From Chitinophagales bacterium (GTDB lineage: Bacteria; Bacteroidota; Bacteroidia; Chitinophagales; UBA8649): a stretch of DNA of 64,000 nucleotides. Where the stretch lies: NCBI GenBank assembly GCA_049890075.1, contig JBMHCE010000001.1, positions 22,633-86,632 on the forward strand, given 5' to 3'. This document shows, piece after piece, positions 1-10,619 of this stretch. The notes beneath the pieces were generated by a model. The model was not told where the DNA came from. It saw only the letters and a program-made list of their open reading frames with translations, and searched no databases. The position numbers were made by a program, and so were the translations under genes. Position 1 is the first letter of the stretch. Each line of letters opens with the position of its first letter.

Positions 1-555
1 GGGTACGCTATCAGCAAATACAAGGCTGAGTTAGAAGCATATCGAGGCTTTCATGAGGGATTAAATGTTTTAATTGTAAATCCTGCGACAGTAATTGGTT
101 ACAGTGATTGGACGCGTGGCTCTTCCCGCATGTTTCAATTGGCCTATAAGGGTAATAAATTTGCACCGAAGGGGCGCATGGGTTTTATAATGGTGGAGGA
201 TGTAGTTGACTTAACCCTTAAACTGCTTAAGCGTAAGTGCTTTGGTGAGCGATTCATTCTTACCGCTGAGCAACACAGTTTTACTGATATACTGGGGATG
301 GTGGCTAAAGGTTTTAACAAGCGTCCACCCACGTTAACAGTGACTCCATTTCTCGCTGGATTTGCGTGGAGAATGCATGCTGTGCAATCTTGGTTTACGG
401 GGTTAGAGCCGGGAATATCAAAAGAAACAGCACGCTATACCCAATATGATTATCACTACAGTAATACCAAGGTTATGCATGCCGTTGATCACAAGTTACG
501 CGACGTTGAATCGGGGATACTGGAAGTTTGTGCGAAGTATCTCAACCAAAAGTAA
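1..555 (+). CDS. NAD-dependent epimerase/dehydratase (extended SDR) family protein, 5' end outside window
   Basis: Frame 1 is open from base 1 (GYAISKYKAELEAY, an SDR catalytic YxxxK) and continues into the listed 130..555 ORF. Confidence 0.6.
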   Translation, partial: GYAISKYKAELEAYRGFHEGLNVLIVNPATVIGYSDWTRGSSRMFQLAYKGNKFAPKGRMGFIMVEDVVDLTLKLLKRKCFGERFILTAEQHSFTDILGMVAKGFNKRPPTLTVTPFLAGFAWRMHAVQSWFTGLEPGISKETARYTQYDYHYSNTKVMHAVDHKLRDVESGILEVCAKYLNQK

Positions 556-561
556 AGAGCC

Positions 562-2079
562 ATGCGACTAGTTCATTCCATTGCCTCATGGATTATGAAA
601 AAACGGCTGCATTCGATTGAGCTTTTTATGCAGTATCCAAACGAGGTTCAAGGCGATGTGCTCGAGCAGCTTATACAACATGCCACACCAACGTCTTGGG
701 GAGAGACCTATGATTATTCATCCCTTATGGGAAGAACTGATTTTGTACAAAGAGTGCCCTTGCAGGATTACAAGAGTCTTGAGCCTTGGATTACGCGCAT
801 GATGGAAGGTGAACGGCATGCCCTTTGGCCTGGAAAAACCAAATGGTTTGCGCAATCATCAGGTACGTCAGGCGGCCCTAGAAAGTTTATCCCTGTATCC
901 AAAGCATCCTTGGAGAATTGTCACTTCAAAGGAGGTAAGGATATGTTAGCACTCTATTTGGCAAATCACAGTGAGTCTGCTTTGTTTGAAGGTAAAAACT
1001 TGATTGTTGGGGGAAGTGCCCAAGTGCACGAGTTAAATCCAAATGCCTATTATGGGGATTTATCGTCTATCATTATTCGCAATTTTCCATTCTGGGCTCA
1101 ATTTCGTCAGGCTGCTCGAAAATCCTTGACGCTTCTACCCGATTGGGAAACAAAGCTTCAACAAATCACCGAAAGGGTCTGTGAAGAAGATGTTACTATG
1201 TTGAGTGGTGTTCCTAGTTGGAATGTAGTGCTCTTACGACGCGTCTTGGAGTATTCAGGGGCGAAGACAATAGCTGAGGTTTGGCCCAATTTAGAACTCT
1301 ATGTATGGGGTGGGATGTCGCTTGACATTTACAAAGAGCAATTCAATCGCCTATTAGGCAAGCCCATTAATTACCTTCAAACCTACAATGCGTCGGAGGG
1401 TTTTTTTGGGATACAGGATTGCTTTTCCGAAGGAACCGAGGATATGTTACTCATGTTAGATTACGGGATCTATTATGAGTTTGTACCAGAAAACCTATGG
1501 ACCGATTTTCAGCCAAAAACGCTGGCCATTGATGAAGTAGCCCTTGGCAAGCGCTATGAATTAGTAATCTCTACCAATGGCGGCTTATGGCGTTACAGAA
1601 CAGGAGATGTGATCCGATTTACGAGTCTATATCCCTTTCGAATACAAGTTGCCGGTCGGACAAGCTACAGCATAAATCTTGTAGGCGAAGAACTTATGGA
1701 ATCCCATGTGCAACAGGTTTTGCCTCGAGTCTGTAAGCAACACGATGCCGTTATTGAAGAATACACAATCGGCCCATCAACGCAGGTGGTTCAAGGAATT
1801 GCCCGGCATGAGTGGCTTATTGAATGGAATAGAGCTCCAGCAGACGTAAAGCGTTTTGCTCGAGATCTTGACGCAGGCCTCATGCAGGCCAACTGCGACT
1901 ATGCGGCCAAACGGCATAAGAGTTTGGTGTTAGAAGAACTGCATATCACGTCTCTGCAACCAAGACATTTTTATCAATGGCTAAGTCAAGAAGGCAGACT
2001 GGGCGGTCAAGTGAAGGTGCCCCGAATGCGCGGCGACCGTAGTATTTTAGATAGTGTATTAACTACGTCTACATTATGA
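562..2079 (+). CDS. GH3 (auxin-responsive promoter / acyl-acid amido synthetase-like) family protein
   Basis: 505 aa. The N-terminus (IMKKRLHSIELFMQYPNEVQ), the SSGTSGG..KFIP adenylation-type motif and the length are typical of bacteroidetal GH3 homologues. Confidence 0.7.
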   Translation: MRLVHSIASWIMKKRLHSIELFMQYPNEVQGDVLEQLIQHATPTSWGETYDYSSLMGRTDFVQRVPLQDYKSLEPWITRMMEGERHALWPGKTKWFAQSSGTSGGPRKFIPVSKASLENCHFKGGKDMLALYLANHSESALFEGKNLIVGGSAQVHELNPNAYYGDLSSIIIRNFPFWAQFRQAARKSLTLLPDWETKLQQITERVCEEDVTMLSGVPSWNVVLLRRVLEYSGAKTIAEVWPNLELYVWGGMSLDIYKEQFNRLLGKPINYLQTYNASEGFFGIQDCFSEGTEDMLLMLDYGIYYEFVPENLWTDFQPKTLAIDEVALGKRYELVISTNGGLWRYRTGDVIRFTSLYPFRIQVAGRTSYSINLVGEELMESHVQQVLPRVCKQHDAVIEEYTIGPSTQVVQGIARHEWLIEWNRAPADVKRFARDLDAGLMQANCDYAAKRHKSLVLEELHITSLQPRHFYQWLSQEGRLGGQVKVPRMRGDRSILDSVLTTSTL

Positions 2080-2819
2080 TGGTATTATTATCTCCATCCA
2101 AAACCATGGAGCTTAGAAGCCACCCATCTATTACACTTACGCAACCTGTTTTTGACGAAGTGGGAGCGGGCGTCTTTAGAGACATTCAGGGTGTAAAAAA
2201 AGAGGAGCTTCAACAATGGATGAAGTTGTCACCAGCATTAACGGAGGCTGTGTATGCCCTATATCACAAAGAAAATAGAAAGCATGGAATGGCCTTATGG
2301 TCATATACAGGAACAGCTTTTTCCGGACTTGATGCTCAGACGTTTTCTCCCGATGATCTGCACTATGCACAAGATCACTTAGGCATTCTTTCGGCAATGT
2401 ACGGGTGGGTTCGCCCTTTAGATAGTCTTTGCCAATATCGACTGGAAATGGCTTTACGAAGTCCTAAAACAAATATACCCTATCACGACTTTTGGCGTCA
2501 ACGAATCACAGATGCGCTGTGTGCTCACGTCAATGCCTTAGATACGAAGTATATACTCGACCTTATGTCTGCTGAGTACAGCAAATCAGTGGATTGGACG
2601 AGGTTTACATGTAAGATTATAAGTTGTTCCTTTTTGCAAAAGTCCGCCAAGGGATTAAAAAACATGGCGGTTCATAGCAAGCGCGCCCGAGGACTCATGG
2701 CACGATATGTTATACAACATCGTATACAAGAAAATCATCATCTAAAGAAGTTTTCCGAAGAAGATTACCACTATTCAGAGGCTGAGAGTTCTGAAGATAG
2801 ATTAGTCTTTATCCGATAA
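2076..2819 (+). CDS. yaaA: peroxide stress protein YaaA (UPF0246)
   Basis: The MVLLSPSKTM N-terminus and ~247 aa length match YaaA. A 4-nt overlap with the upstream gene suggests co-transcription. Confidence 0.85.
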   Translation: MMVLLSPSKTMELRSHPSITLTQPVFDEVGAGVFRDIQGVKKEELQQWMKLSPALTEAVYALYHKENRKHGMALWSYTGTAFSGLDAQTFSPDDLHYAQDHLGILSAMYGWVRPLDSLCQYRLEMALRSPKTNIPYHDFWRQRITDALCAHVNALDTKYILDLMSAEYSKSVDWTRFTCKIISCSFLQKSAKGLKNMAVHSKRARGLMARYVIQHRIQENHHLKKFSEEDYHYSEAESSEDRLVFIR

Positions 2820-3173
2820 GCCGTAGTGCTTTTCCATAGCATTTAACTGGCCTGAGAGCCTCCCTGTAATCCAATGGAAGTACATGATAAAATCACTTGC
2901 TAAGCTGTAGAAGGGATAGGTAAATGTTGCGGGTTTATTGCGCTCAATCAGTCCATGGCCAATCCAAGCAAAGCCATATCCAACAATGGGTACAAACGCC
3001 AACAGGATCCAGTTCTGCCATAAAATACTTAGGACGAGCAAGGCAATGACTCCTGAAGTTCCTATATAGTGGAGTACTCTATTTGTAGGATGGCGGTGCT
3101 CATAGAGATAGTAGAGATAAAAGGATGATAATGAGGTATGTTTTTTGTCGATGTCTGATGAATGCTTTCCCAT
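2802..3173 (-). CDS. DUF962 / Mpo1-like membrane protein
   Basis: Shows Y..H.HP.N...H.IG followed by two TM helices. I chose the internal Met (MGKHSS) so the gene starts just after the glpK stop; the 3230 start would overlap glpK. Confidence 0.6.
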   Translation of the reverse strand: MGKHSSDIDKKHTSLSSFYLYYLYEHRHPTNRVLHYIGTSGVIALLVLSILWQNWILLAFVPIVGYGFAWIGHGLIERNKPATFTYPFYSLASDFIMYFHWITGRLSGQLNAMEKHYGLSDKD

Positions 3174-3178
3174 AAATA

Positions 3179-4657
3179 CTAATCTTGAGTTGATGTCCAA
3201 TGCATGGCACGTTGTGTTGCTCTCTTCCAATGATCGTAGCCTTCATTATAATCCGAAGCACTGGGAGAAAACAAGGAGGCATTGAGTTCTCGGTTTTCGG
3301 AGAAAAAGTTGCTGGGTTTCGCCGCTAATTTTGCCGCGCCTAAGGCGGTTTGCTCTTGATTGGAAGGGAGGTGGATGACTATCTGGCTAAGATCACTTTG
3401 AAACTGCATTAAAAAGGAATTTGCCGTCATGCCTCCGTCAACATAGATAGCAGACGGTTCTAAACCAGATGCATGTTTCATAGCAAGCAACAAATCTTGA
3501 TTTTGATAAGCAATGGACTCAAGTACAGCACGCGCGATCGCCTGTTTAGACGTATTCCTTTCTAAACCGATAAGAAGCCCTCGAGCCGTTGAATCCCAAT
3601 AGGGAGCGCCTAAGCCCGTAAAAGCGGGGACAAAAATCAGCAGTGGATTGTGTGCCGTAGCCTCTGCACTTTGTGCTGTTTCCTTGACATGTTCGATTAA
3701 GTGGACATCCTCTAACCATGTCATAGCACTTCCTGCATTGAAAACACTTCCTTCTGCAGCATAGGTAATCTTGCCATGGATTCGCCATGCGACTGTCGCT
3801 AAAATCCCGGAGCTTGGGTCAAGGATTTTTTCTCCTGTATTCATCAACATAAAACATCCAGTTCCATAGGTATTCTTAAGCATTCCTTCCTCTATGGCGT
3901 CATGTCCATACAAGGCTGCTTGTTGGTCTCCTGCAATTCCACGAATCGGAATCGCTGCTCCTAAAACATCGGGATGAGTCATGGCTAGCTCCCCAGAGGA
4001 ATCTACAACCTCAGGCAGCATAGACATAGGAATACCGAAGAGCTTGCAAAGCTCGCCATCCCAATTCCCCGTCTTAAGATTAAACAGCATAGTACGAGAG
4101 GCATTGGATGCATCAGTGATATGAGATTTTCCTTGAGTTAGCTTCCAAATCAACCATGAATCAATGGTCCCAAAGCAAAGATGGCCCTCCTCTGCAAGTT
4201 CACGGATTGCTTGCGATGAGTTTAGAATCCATCGAATTTTACTAGCAGAAAAATAAGGATCAATAGGGAGTCCAGTTTTGTCGCGAATATCATTTTCTAA
4301 CCCCTTTGATTTCAACTCATTGCAATAAGCCAAGGTGCGACGATCTTGCCATACTATGGCGGGATACACCGCCTTTCCATTTCTTCTATCCCATACTACG
4401 GTAGTTTCTCGCTGGTTAGTGATGCCAAGGGCCTCAATAGAGTCCTTTGCCTTGCCTAATGCTTTGCAAGCTTGCTCAAAGGAGGCTAAAGAAGTTTGCC
4501 ATATCTCCTCAGGATCATGTTCTACCCAACCGGAGTTAGGAAAAAACTGCTCAAAAGGCATCTGTCCGCGGCTTACCTCCTCCTTTTGCGCATTGTACAC
4601 AATGCATCGACTACTCGTCGTTCCCTGATCAAAGCTTACAATGTATTGTTTTCTCAT
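3179..4657 (-). CDS. glpK: glycerol kinase
   Basis: 492 aa. Has the FGGY kinase N-terminus YIVSFDQGTTSSR, with GDQQAAL and GTGCF motifs. Confidence 0.95.
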   Translation of the reverse strand: MRKQYIVSFDQGTTSSRCIVYNAQKEEVSRGQMPFEQFFPNSGWVEHDPEEIWQTSLASFEQACKALGKAKDSIEALGITNQRETTVVWDRRNGKAVYPAIVWQDRRTLAYCNELKSKGLENDIRDKTGLPIDPYFSASKIRWILNSSQAIRELAEEGHLCFGTIDSWLIWKLTQGKSHITDASNASRTMLFNLKTGNWDGELCKLFGIPMSMLPEVVDSSGELAMTHPDVLGAAIPIRGIAGDQQAALYGHDAIEEGMLKNTYGTGCFMLMNTGEKILDPSSGILATVAWRIHGKITYAAEGSVFNAGSAMTWLEDVHLIEHVKETAQSAEATAHNPLLIFVPAFTGLGAPYWDSTARGLLIGLERNTSKQAIARAVLESIAYQNQDLLLAMKHASGLEPSAIYVDGGMTANSFLMQFQSDLSQIVIHLPSNQEQTALGAAKLAAKPSNFFSENRELNASLFSPSASDYNEGYDHWKRATQRAMHWTSTQD

Positions 4658-4729
4658 TGGCAGAGCATTTTAACCTGTATCTAAAGGCGGATTGTCATTT
4701 TTCTAGAGTAATTTACGAATAACCAGTTT

Positions 4730-6496
4730 ATGAAATGGACACGGCATGTAAGCGTATTGTTATTCATGATAGCATCAATTGCTCAAGGGCAGTTCAATGC
4801 CATTGAAGACGATACAGCCGATACAGGTAATGTTTTTGTTTATGAAAATCCGAAGGGATTTGGTAAGGTCCTAGACTTGGTGAATCTTCCTCAAAAAACC
4901 AATCGTTCTGTTTCTGTGCGTGAGGATTTTATTCCATTTGAAGGCATGGAGATTGCTTCTATTGAGGTGATTGTCTTTGATGAAAAGAATCAAGTCATAG
5001 AGGATACAACCCAGTGGGACCCTAATCTCCACTTTGTGTCTAAACCCAATCAGTATCGATGGAATGCTCAACTTGTGAAGCGACAGCTTATGTTCCGTGA
5101 AGGGGACTTGGTAGATGCGCAGTTAATGGTCGATAATGAGGTAGTTCTTCGTCAACGCACTATTTATCGTGATGCAGTTATTCAACTGCATATCATAGAT
5201 AACCATCGTGTGAAAGTTCATGTCCTAGTACAAAACAATCGTCATTGGCAGGTACTTTTTGAAGGAGGTCCTGGGTCAATTCAGCTGGGTTTTGGAGTCT
5301 ATGACATTTTCAGTATTCCTCAAACGATTCAGGTGGCGGCAAAAGGAAATTTCAATAAGTGGAATCCATATTCTGTCTTTCTTCATCATAGTTTGCGAAA
5401 TGTCTTTAAATCAGGATTGGACGTAAAGACGACAGTACTTCATGCGAATACCAGTCAAGAGTTTGAAAGTAAAGTCCAACGGAAGTTTTTAGCTTTCAAC
5501 ACGAAGTGGGCTTTTCAAGGAAAGGTCAGTTTTAACAAGTCCAAGTTAGTTGATCGCAGCTTTGAAGCACCCTATGATTTGGTATCAAACCGTCAAAGCC
5601 TATGGTTGGCGAGGTCATTTAGTGCCCGACACTTGGGTAATGCATTTTCATTATCGCGTTGGACGGTGGGTCTCCGCTATTTACGCAGAGGATACAGTCG
5701 AATTCCTGAAAGTCAGCCCTTTTATGAAAGTGAGCAGTTTGTCGCCTTAGGCGTTGGCTTAGTAAGTAGAGATTTTTATGAAGTGGAAGAGCTAGTCCAA
5801 TTCCGAGCCTATGATTACCTAACCAAGGGTTGGAATATCGCCTTAATCGGAGGGTATGAGATAAGTGAGTACCGAGGAAAGCGTTTGGGCTTGGCATTGA
5901 AAATGAATGCCTCTAAAGTTTATCCAAATTTGGGCCACTTAACGGCAGGTATTCATGCTAACCTCTACCTTAAGTCGGGCGCTTATGATCAAGCGTCTTT
6001 TCGGCTTTTTGACCAATACATTTCCAATCCCATCTCGTTGGGAAAGTTAACGTTTCGACAATTTGTAGCGACATCGGCTACAATGAGTATGAATCGAACA
6101 CCTAATGATTTCTTTAGTTTTAATTCAGTGCAGGGACTGGATGGAAGATTACTTAATTATTCAAGCAGCTTAGTGGCCAATTTCGAATCTGTTTTTTATA
6201 CGCCAATAACTTGGTGGAATTCAAGGGGAAATTTCTACGGATTTGCTGATTTTGCTTTGACGACATCGGGCAGTCCTCGTGATTTTGATAAGAGCATCTT
6301 ACACCACGGATATGGAGTAGGTATTCGTTTTCAGGCACGTAATCTAGGGTTGAATTTTGTCGATATAGCCTTTGGATTTTATCCAACCTATCAGATTGCG
6401 GACGCGCCATTTTTCAATTATCTTTTCTCAACTACTCCTCGCCTTTATGAGGTTGGCAGCTTGAGATCCCCGAGTTATTACAGTCCTGATATCTAG
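4730..6496 (+). CDS. outer-membrane protein, Omp85/BamA-family-like (POTRA-like N-terminal part plus beta-barrel)
   Basis: Signal peptide (MIASIAQGQ). A POTRA-like segment (LMFREGDLVDAQL...VKVHVLVQN) is followed by a C-terminal alternating-hydrophobic barrel ending in GYGVGIRFQ...IAFGFYP. Confidence 0.45.
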   Translation: MKWTRHVSVLLFMIASIAQGQFNAIEDDTADTGNVFVYENPKGFGKVLDLVNLPQKTNRSVSVREDFIPFEGMEIASIEVIVFDEKNQVIEDTTQWDPNLHFVSKPNQYRWNAQLVKRQLMFREGDLVDAQLMVDNEVVLRQRTIYRDAVIQLHIIDNHRVKVHVLVQNNRHWQVLFEGGPGSIQLGFGVYDIFSIPQTIQVAAKGNFNKWNPYSVFLHHSLRNVFKSGLDVKTTVLHANTSQEFESKVQRKFLAFNTKWAFQGKVSFNKSKLVDRSFEAPYDLVSNRQSLWLARSFSARHLGNAFSLSRWTVGLRYLRRGYSRIPESQPFYESEQFVALGVGLVSRDFYEVEELVQFRAYDYLTKGWNIALIGGYEISEYRGKRLGLALKMNASKVYPNLGHLTAGIHANLYLKSGAYDQASFRLFDQYISNPISLGKLTFRQFVATSATMSMNRTPNDFFSFNSVQGLDGRLLNYSSSLVANFESVFYTPITWWNSRGNFYGFADFALTTSGSPRDFDKSILHHGYGVGIRFQARNLGLNFVDIAFGFYPTYQIADAPFFNYLFSTTPRLYEVGSLRSPSYYSPDI

Positions 6497-6510
6497 AAGA
6501 AGTACAGGAA

Positions 6511-7263
6511 CTATTTGTTGTAGGCTATAAATAGCAGTGCGCCAATTCTATGTGAAACAGCGCTTAGCGTGCACTCTTTTCCTTGGAGAACAAAAGAAAC
6601 CGGTCCGACCTTTTCTGCTTTACTTAACGGAGCCAATACCCCATTGGCTAGATCAACATCTGGAAACAATACCTTGTTTGCTTCTTCAGGAGAATAATGG
6701 GATTCCTTCAGGGAGAATATAGCTTGCAGATGACGTGAAGCTTCAAAGGTGTTGTCTTCCTTCCAATACAGCACAAAGCCAATGTTTTGGCTAATCATCA
6801 TAGAATCTAAAACCTCATTCAGTAAGGAGGTCTCATCATTGATTTGGTTAAACTGCTTATTGAGATCTGAGCGTTTGCTCGCATACTTAATCGAAGAATC
6901 TAAAATGGCCCCATCGAACCTTCCTTTGACTAAAAAATCTTGAGCCCCCTTGCTCACGGCATTTTCTCCTGTCTTTTCATCAGATAGTCCGGTCATTACA
7001 ACAACAGGAATGTCGGGCCTCGATTCAACTACGGTGTCTAAAATGCCTAGCCCTGAGGCATCGGGTAGATGGAGATCAAGAAGAATGACATCGATCGATT
7101 CACTTTGGAGTAACTCAAGGCCTTTTGCGAGACTTCCAGCGTCATGAATTACATAGCCTTCAGGATCAATTTCCTCTAGATAGAATCGAATAAGAAAAGC
7201 ATCACCTGGGTTATCCTCAATAGCTAAAATATGTAGCGGTCTTTGTTCACTCATAGCGTGCAA
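6511..7263 (-). CDS. response regulator: REC domain plus ~115-aa C-terminal domain of unknown type
   Basis: REC signature is complete: ED acidic pair, phospho-acceptor in ILLDLHLPD, VVVMTG, and Lys in FLVKG. The C-terminal half matches no output domain I recognise. Confidence 0.75.
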   Translation of the reverse strand: MHAMSEQRPLHILAIEDNPGDAFLIRFYLEEIDPEGYVIHDAGSLAKGLELLQSESIDVILLDLHLPDASGLGILDTVVESRPDIPVVVMTGLSDEKTGENAVSKGAQDFLVKGRFDGAILDSSIKYASKRSDLNKQFNQINDETSLLNEVLDSMMISQNIGFVLYWKEDNTFEASRHLQAIFSLKESHYSPEEANKVLFPDVDLANGVLAPLSKAEKVGPVSFVLQGKECTLSAVSHRIGALLFIAYNK

Positions 7264-7669
7264 TTTTTGCTGTGCTCAACCAAAACGTATGAATCGCAGT
7301 AATCGTCTTTATATAGTCTTCAAATTCTATGGGTTTAACGACGACAGCATTGGCGAGTTGTTTGTACGCCGATCGAACATCCGAGTTAAGGCTGGATGTG
7401 GTCATAACCACGACAGGAATCAATTGTAATCGTTCATCCTCTTTTACCTTCCCAATTAATTCCAAACCGTTCATTCCGGGCATGTTTAGGTCAACGATTA
7501 ATAGATTGGGGTAGGAGTCAGGACTTGTTTCTAGAAGTCTCTGCAGCGCCTCTTGCGCATTATCTATATAGGTTAAGTTTATATCAAGGCTGGTACGTAG
7601 GATGGCTTCTTCCATTAAAATGGAATCCCCCAAATTATCATCAATCATCCAAACGTTGTTTTGCTCCAT
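7247..7669 (-). CDS. single-domain (CheY/Rcp1-like) response regulator
   Basis: 140 aa with MIDDN, LIVDLNMPGMNG, VVMTTS and VVVKP. A 17-nt overlap with the downstream REC gene suggests an operon. Confidence 0.8.
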   Translation of the reverse strand: MEQNNVWMIDDNLGDSILMEEAILRTSLDINLTYIDNAQEALQRLLETSPDSYPNLLIVDLNMPGMNGLELIGKVKEDERLQLIPVVVMTTSSLNSDVRSAYKQLANAVVVKPIEFEDYIKTITAIHTFWLSTAKIARYE

Positions 7670-7776
7670 GACCCTTGTTATTGAACAATATAGTGAATCT
7701 TTACGCCTTCTAATGTGTAAAACTGCGTTATCCGTGCACTTGGCTTTTCACCCTCGACAAGTATCTTGCTTGAACG

Positions 7777-9645
7777 ATGGCAGCAAAGTATACTGAGGAT
7801 AATATTCGGACGCTTGATTGGAAGGAACACATTCGTCTTAGACCTGGAATGTACATTGGAAAATTGGGAAATGGGCAGTCCGCAGATGATGGTGTCTACA
7901 TCTTGATAAAAGAGGTTATTGACAACTCTATTGATGAGTTTATCATGGGCCATGGTAAACGCATTGATATCCAGGTTAACGAGGACAATGTTTCAATTCG
8001 TGACTACGGGCGGGGAATCCCACTAGGAAAAGTAGTGGATGCTGTGTCAAAGATTAATACTGGCGCGAAGTATGATAGTGCAGCTTTTAAAAAGACAGTG
8101 GGTCTAAATGGAGTAGGAACTAAAGCGGTCAACGCGCTCTCCTCTAAGTTTACCGTTGAGTCAGTGCGTGATGGTGAAGCCTTGCAAGCTACTTTTTCCT
8201 GTGGCAATCTCGAAGAAGAAAAGCGGATTAAAAGCGATAAGGAAAATGGAACGTCCGTTCATTTTATTCCAGATGCTACCATTTTTAAAAACTACAGTTT
8301 TCGCACTGAATTTGTAGAAGATCAAATTCGTCACTATGCCTATCTCAATAAAGGACTCTCTCTTTATCTAAATGGCCAACGCTTCGTATCAAAAAATGGA
8401 CTTCTTGATCTTTTACAAGATAAAACGGAGGCAGAGCAGATCCGATACCCCATCATGCATTTTGAAGGAAATGACATTGAGGTTGCCTTAACCCACGATA
8501 ATCACTATGGAGAGTCGTACTACTCTTTTGTCAATGGTCAATATACTGTACAAGGGGGCACCCACGAGGCAGCGCTAAAGCAGGCAATTGTAAAAACAGT
8601 TCGTGATTTCTACAACAAACAGTTTGATCCTCAAGATATACGAGCATCCATTGTAGCGGCAATTTCCATTCGCATGCAAGACCCTGTTTTTGAGAGTCAA
8701 ACCAAAACGAGGCTTGGATCGACCCAAATCGAAGAGGGAGGAAGCTCTATGTATTCTTTTGTCCTCGACTTTTTGAAGAAAGCTTTAGATGATTTCTTAC
8801 ATAAGAATCCTGATTCTGCTGAAGCGCTTTTAAAGCGAATAACACAAAGTGAAAGGGAACGCAAGGATATGGCTGGTGTTAAAAAGCTTGCTAAAGAGCG
8901 GGCTAAAAAGGCCAACCTTCACAATAAGAAACTGAGGGATTGCAAATTCCATTATAACGATAAAGGCAAAAGCATTGAGGACGAGGATAAACAACGCACA
9001 ACAGTCTTTATCACCGAGGGAGACTCAGCAAGTGGCTCTCTTACCAAAGCAAGAAACCCCCACTATCAGGCAGTCTTTAGTTTGCGGGGTAAACCGCTAA
9101 ACTGTTATGGATTAAAGAAGAAGATAGTCTATGAAAATGAGGAGTTTAATCTCCTACAACATGCCTTAAATATTGAAGAGGGATTGGAGGGACTTCGCTT
9201 TAACAATGTAGTGATTGCCACAGATGCAGACGTCGATGGTATGCATATCCGACTATTGCTCTTGACCTTCTTTTTACAGTTTTTCCCTGATTTGGTGCGA
9301 GAGGGCCACATAAAAATTCTTGAAACTCCACTCTTTCGAGTGCGCGATAAGCAAACCACGATGTATTGCTACAATGAAACAGAAAAGCAGGCTGCCATTA
9401 AGAAGTTAAAAGGAAAGCCAGAGATCACTCGATTTAAAGGGTTGGGGGAGATTTCGCCTAATGAATTTGAAGATTTTATTGGAGATGGTATTCGCTTACG
9501 CCCAGTGCGCATAGCACAGGATCAATCGATAGATGAGATTTTAACGTATTACATGGGGAAAAATACTCCCAGTCGTCAGGAGTTCATTATTGAAAATTTG
9601 AGGGTCGAGCTGGACGAAACAGAGCGCTCTGCATTAGCTTCCTAG
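7777..9645 (+). CDS. parE: DNA topoisomerase IV subunit B (type IIA topoisomerase B subunit)
   Basis: 622 aa. GHKL ATPase N-terminus ([24 protein letters not shown]), Toprim EGDSA, and [12 protein letters not shown]. The length fits the bacteroidetal ParE class rather than GyrB. Confidence 0.8.
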   Translation: MAAKYTEDNIRTLDWKEHIRLRPGMYIGKLGNGQSADDGVYILIKEVIDNSIDEFIMGHGKRIDIQVNEDNVSIRDYGRGIPLGKVVDAVSKINTGAKYDSAAFKKTVGLNGVGTKAVNALSSKFTVESVRDGEALQATFSCGNLEEEKRIKSDKENGTSVHFIPDATIFKNYSFRTEFVEDQIRHYAYLNKGLSLYLNGQRFVSKNGLLDLLQDKTEAEQIRYPIMHFEGNDIEVALTHDNHYGESYYSFVNGQYTVQGGTHEAALKQAIVKTVRDFYNKQFDPQDIRASIVAAISIRMQDPVFESQTKTRLGSTQIEEGGSSMYSFVLDFLKKALDDFLHKNPDSAEALLKRITQSERERKDMAGVKKLAKERAKKANLHNKKLRDCKFHYNDKGKSIEDEDKQRTTVFITEGDSASGSLTKARNPHYQAVFSLRGKPLNCYGLKKKIVYENEEFNLLQHALNIEEGLEGLRFNNVVIATDADVDGMHIRLLLLTFFLQFFPDLVREGHIKILETPLFRVRDKQTTMYCYNETEKQAAIKKLKGKPEITRFKGLGEISPNEFEDFIGDGIRLRPVRIAQDQSIDEILTYYMGKNTPSRQEFIIENLRVELDETERSALAS

Positions 9646-10619
9646 TGCTGTTCACAAGAGGGTAGTGGATGATTTAAATCCTCTAGATCGGATGGATAGA
9701 CGGGTATTGCTTGGTTTTCAAATTTGGGACTTCCAGCGTTTATCCAACAGGTAAGCCATGCGCTTGCCACTGCATGCACTGATTGTCTGAAGCGCTCCTC
9801 AATATGGCCTTTACATAGCTTAGAATACTCTTGGCAAAATGCCACGCTATAGGTTCTATGAGCTTTACCTTGTCTATATCGGTAACTGTATTTGGGTATG
9901 GTTGGGTCCTCGGAGACACAGTACTCAGCAGAAAAAACAGCAAAGAGCAAATTATGACTATCAAGGATGATAGACCATATCTTTTCTAAGGGATTCTTCC
10001 AAAAATCGAGACTTTCGTCAATCCAACAATCATATTGTACAAATTCCCATTCGGGAATAGCACTCTCCCAAAGCCCATGGATACCATGTTGCTCTGAACG
10101 CTGGCCGTTATAGTTTTGAGTCGTATGAAGGGGTACATGAGCATCTGATATGTAATGACCAAGTTCTCCAGAGATTCGGAGTATGTCTTCCACATGACCA
10201 TCTTGCATTGCTTGGGTTAGTCGATGCATCATAAAAAGACAATGCCACGGTAGAATACCATCTTGTCCAAAACTATGCGGCTCATTTGTGAACTGACTAT
10301 ATCGCTGCTTAGCTCCCTCGTAGTCTAACCCTACCAATCCAGGATCTAAGGCAGTATAAGTGTCTAAGTCGATGAAGTGTCGAGGTCCTTCTTTTGGATC
10401 GACGTATCGTCGATTGTCGGGTTTTGTAGCATATATTTTCAGGGTATATTCATTGTTCTTATATAGGGTCATAAGTTCAGGTGGCAGTAAATAAATAGCA
10501 TGGCTATTGATCTTTTTATGCATGAAAAATCCCCATGCCTTACCTTCGTAGGGCAGTGTGCTGAGGACAAAGAATACTGTAAAGAATAACTCGAACTTTT
10601 TAAAAAAGAATGATTTCAT
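9642..10619 (-). CDS. zinc-dependent phospholipase C / S1-P1 nuclease superfamily protein (secreted)
   Basis: Signal peptide, then [14 protein letters not shown] and [13 protein letters not shown] metal-ligand motifs. Start taken at MKSFFFKK; the longer 10730 start lacks a signal peptide. Confidence 0.55.
   Translation of the reverse strand: MKSFFFKKFELFFTVFFVLSTLPYEGKAWGFFMHKKINSHAIYLLPPELMTLYKNNEYTLKIYATKPDNRRYVDPKEGPRHFIDLDTYTALDPGLVGLDYEGAKQRYSQFTNEPHSFGQDGILPWHCLFMMHRLTQAMQDGHVEDILRISGELGHYISDAHVPLHTTQNYNGQRSEQHGIHGLWESAIPEWEFVQYDCWIDESLDFWKNPLEKIWSIILDSHNLLFAVFSAEYCVSEDPTIPKYSYRYRQGKAHRTYSVAFCQEYSKLCKGHIEERFRQSVHAVASAWLTCWINAGSPKFENQAIPVYPSDLEDLNHPLPSCEQH

Noticed and set aside
4747-4760. 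A 12-nt match (AAGCGTATTGTT) to one arm of the LuxR-flanking repeat, inside the Omp85-like gene.
   Set aside because: It is a half-site only, with no partner arm nearby, and lies within coding sequence. It is most likely chance.
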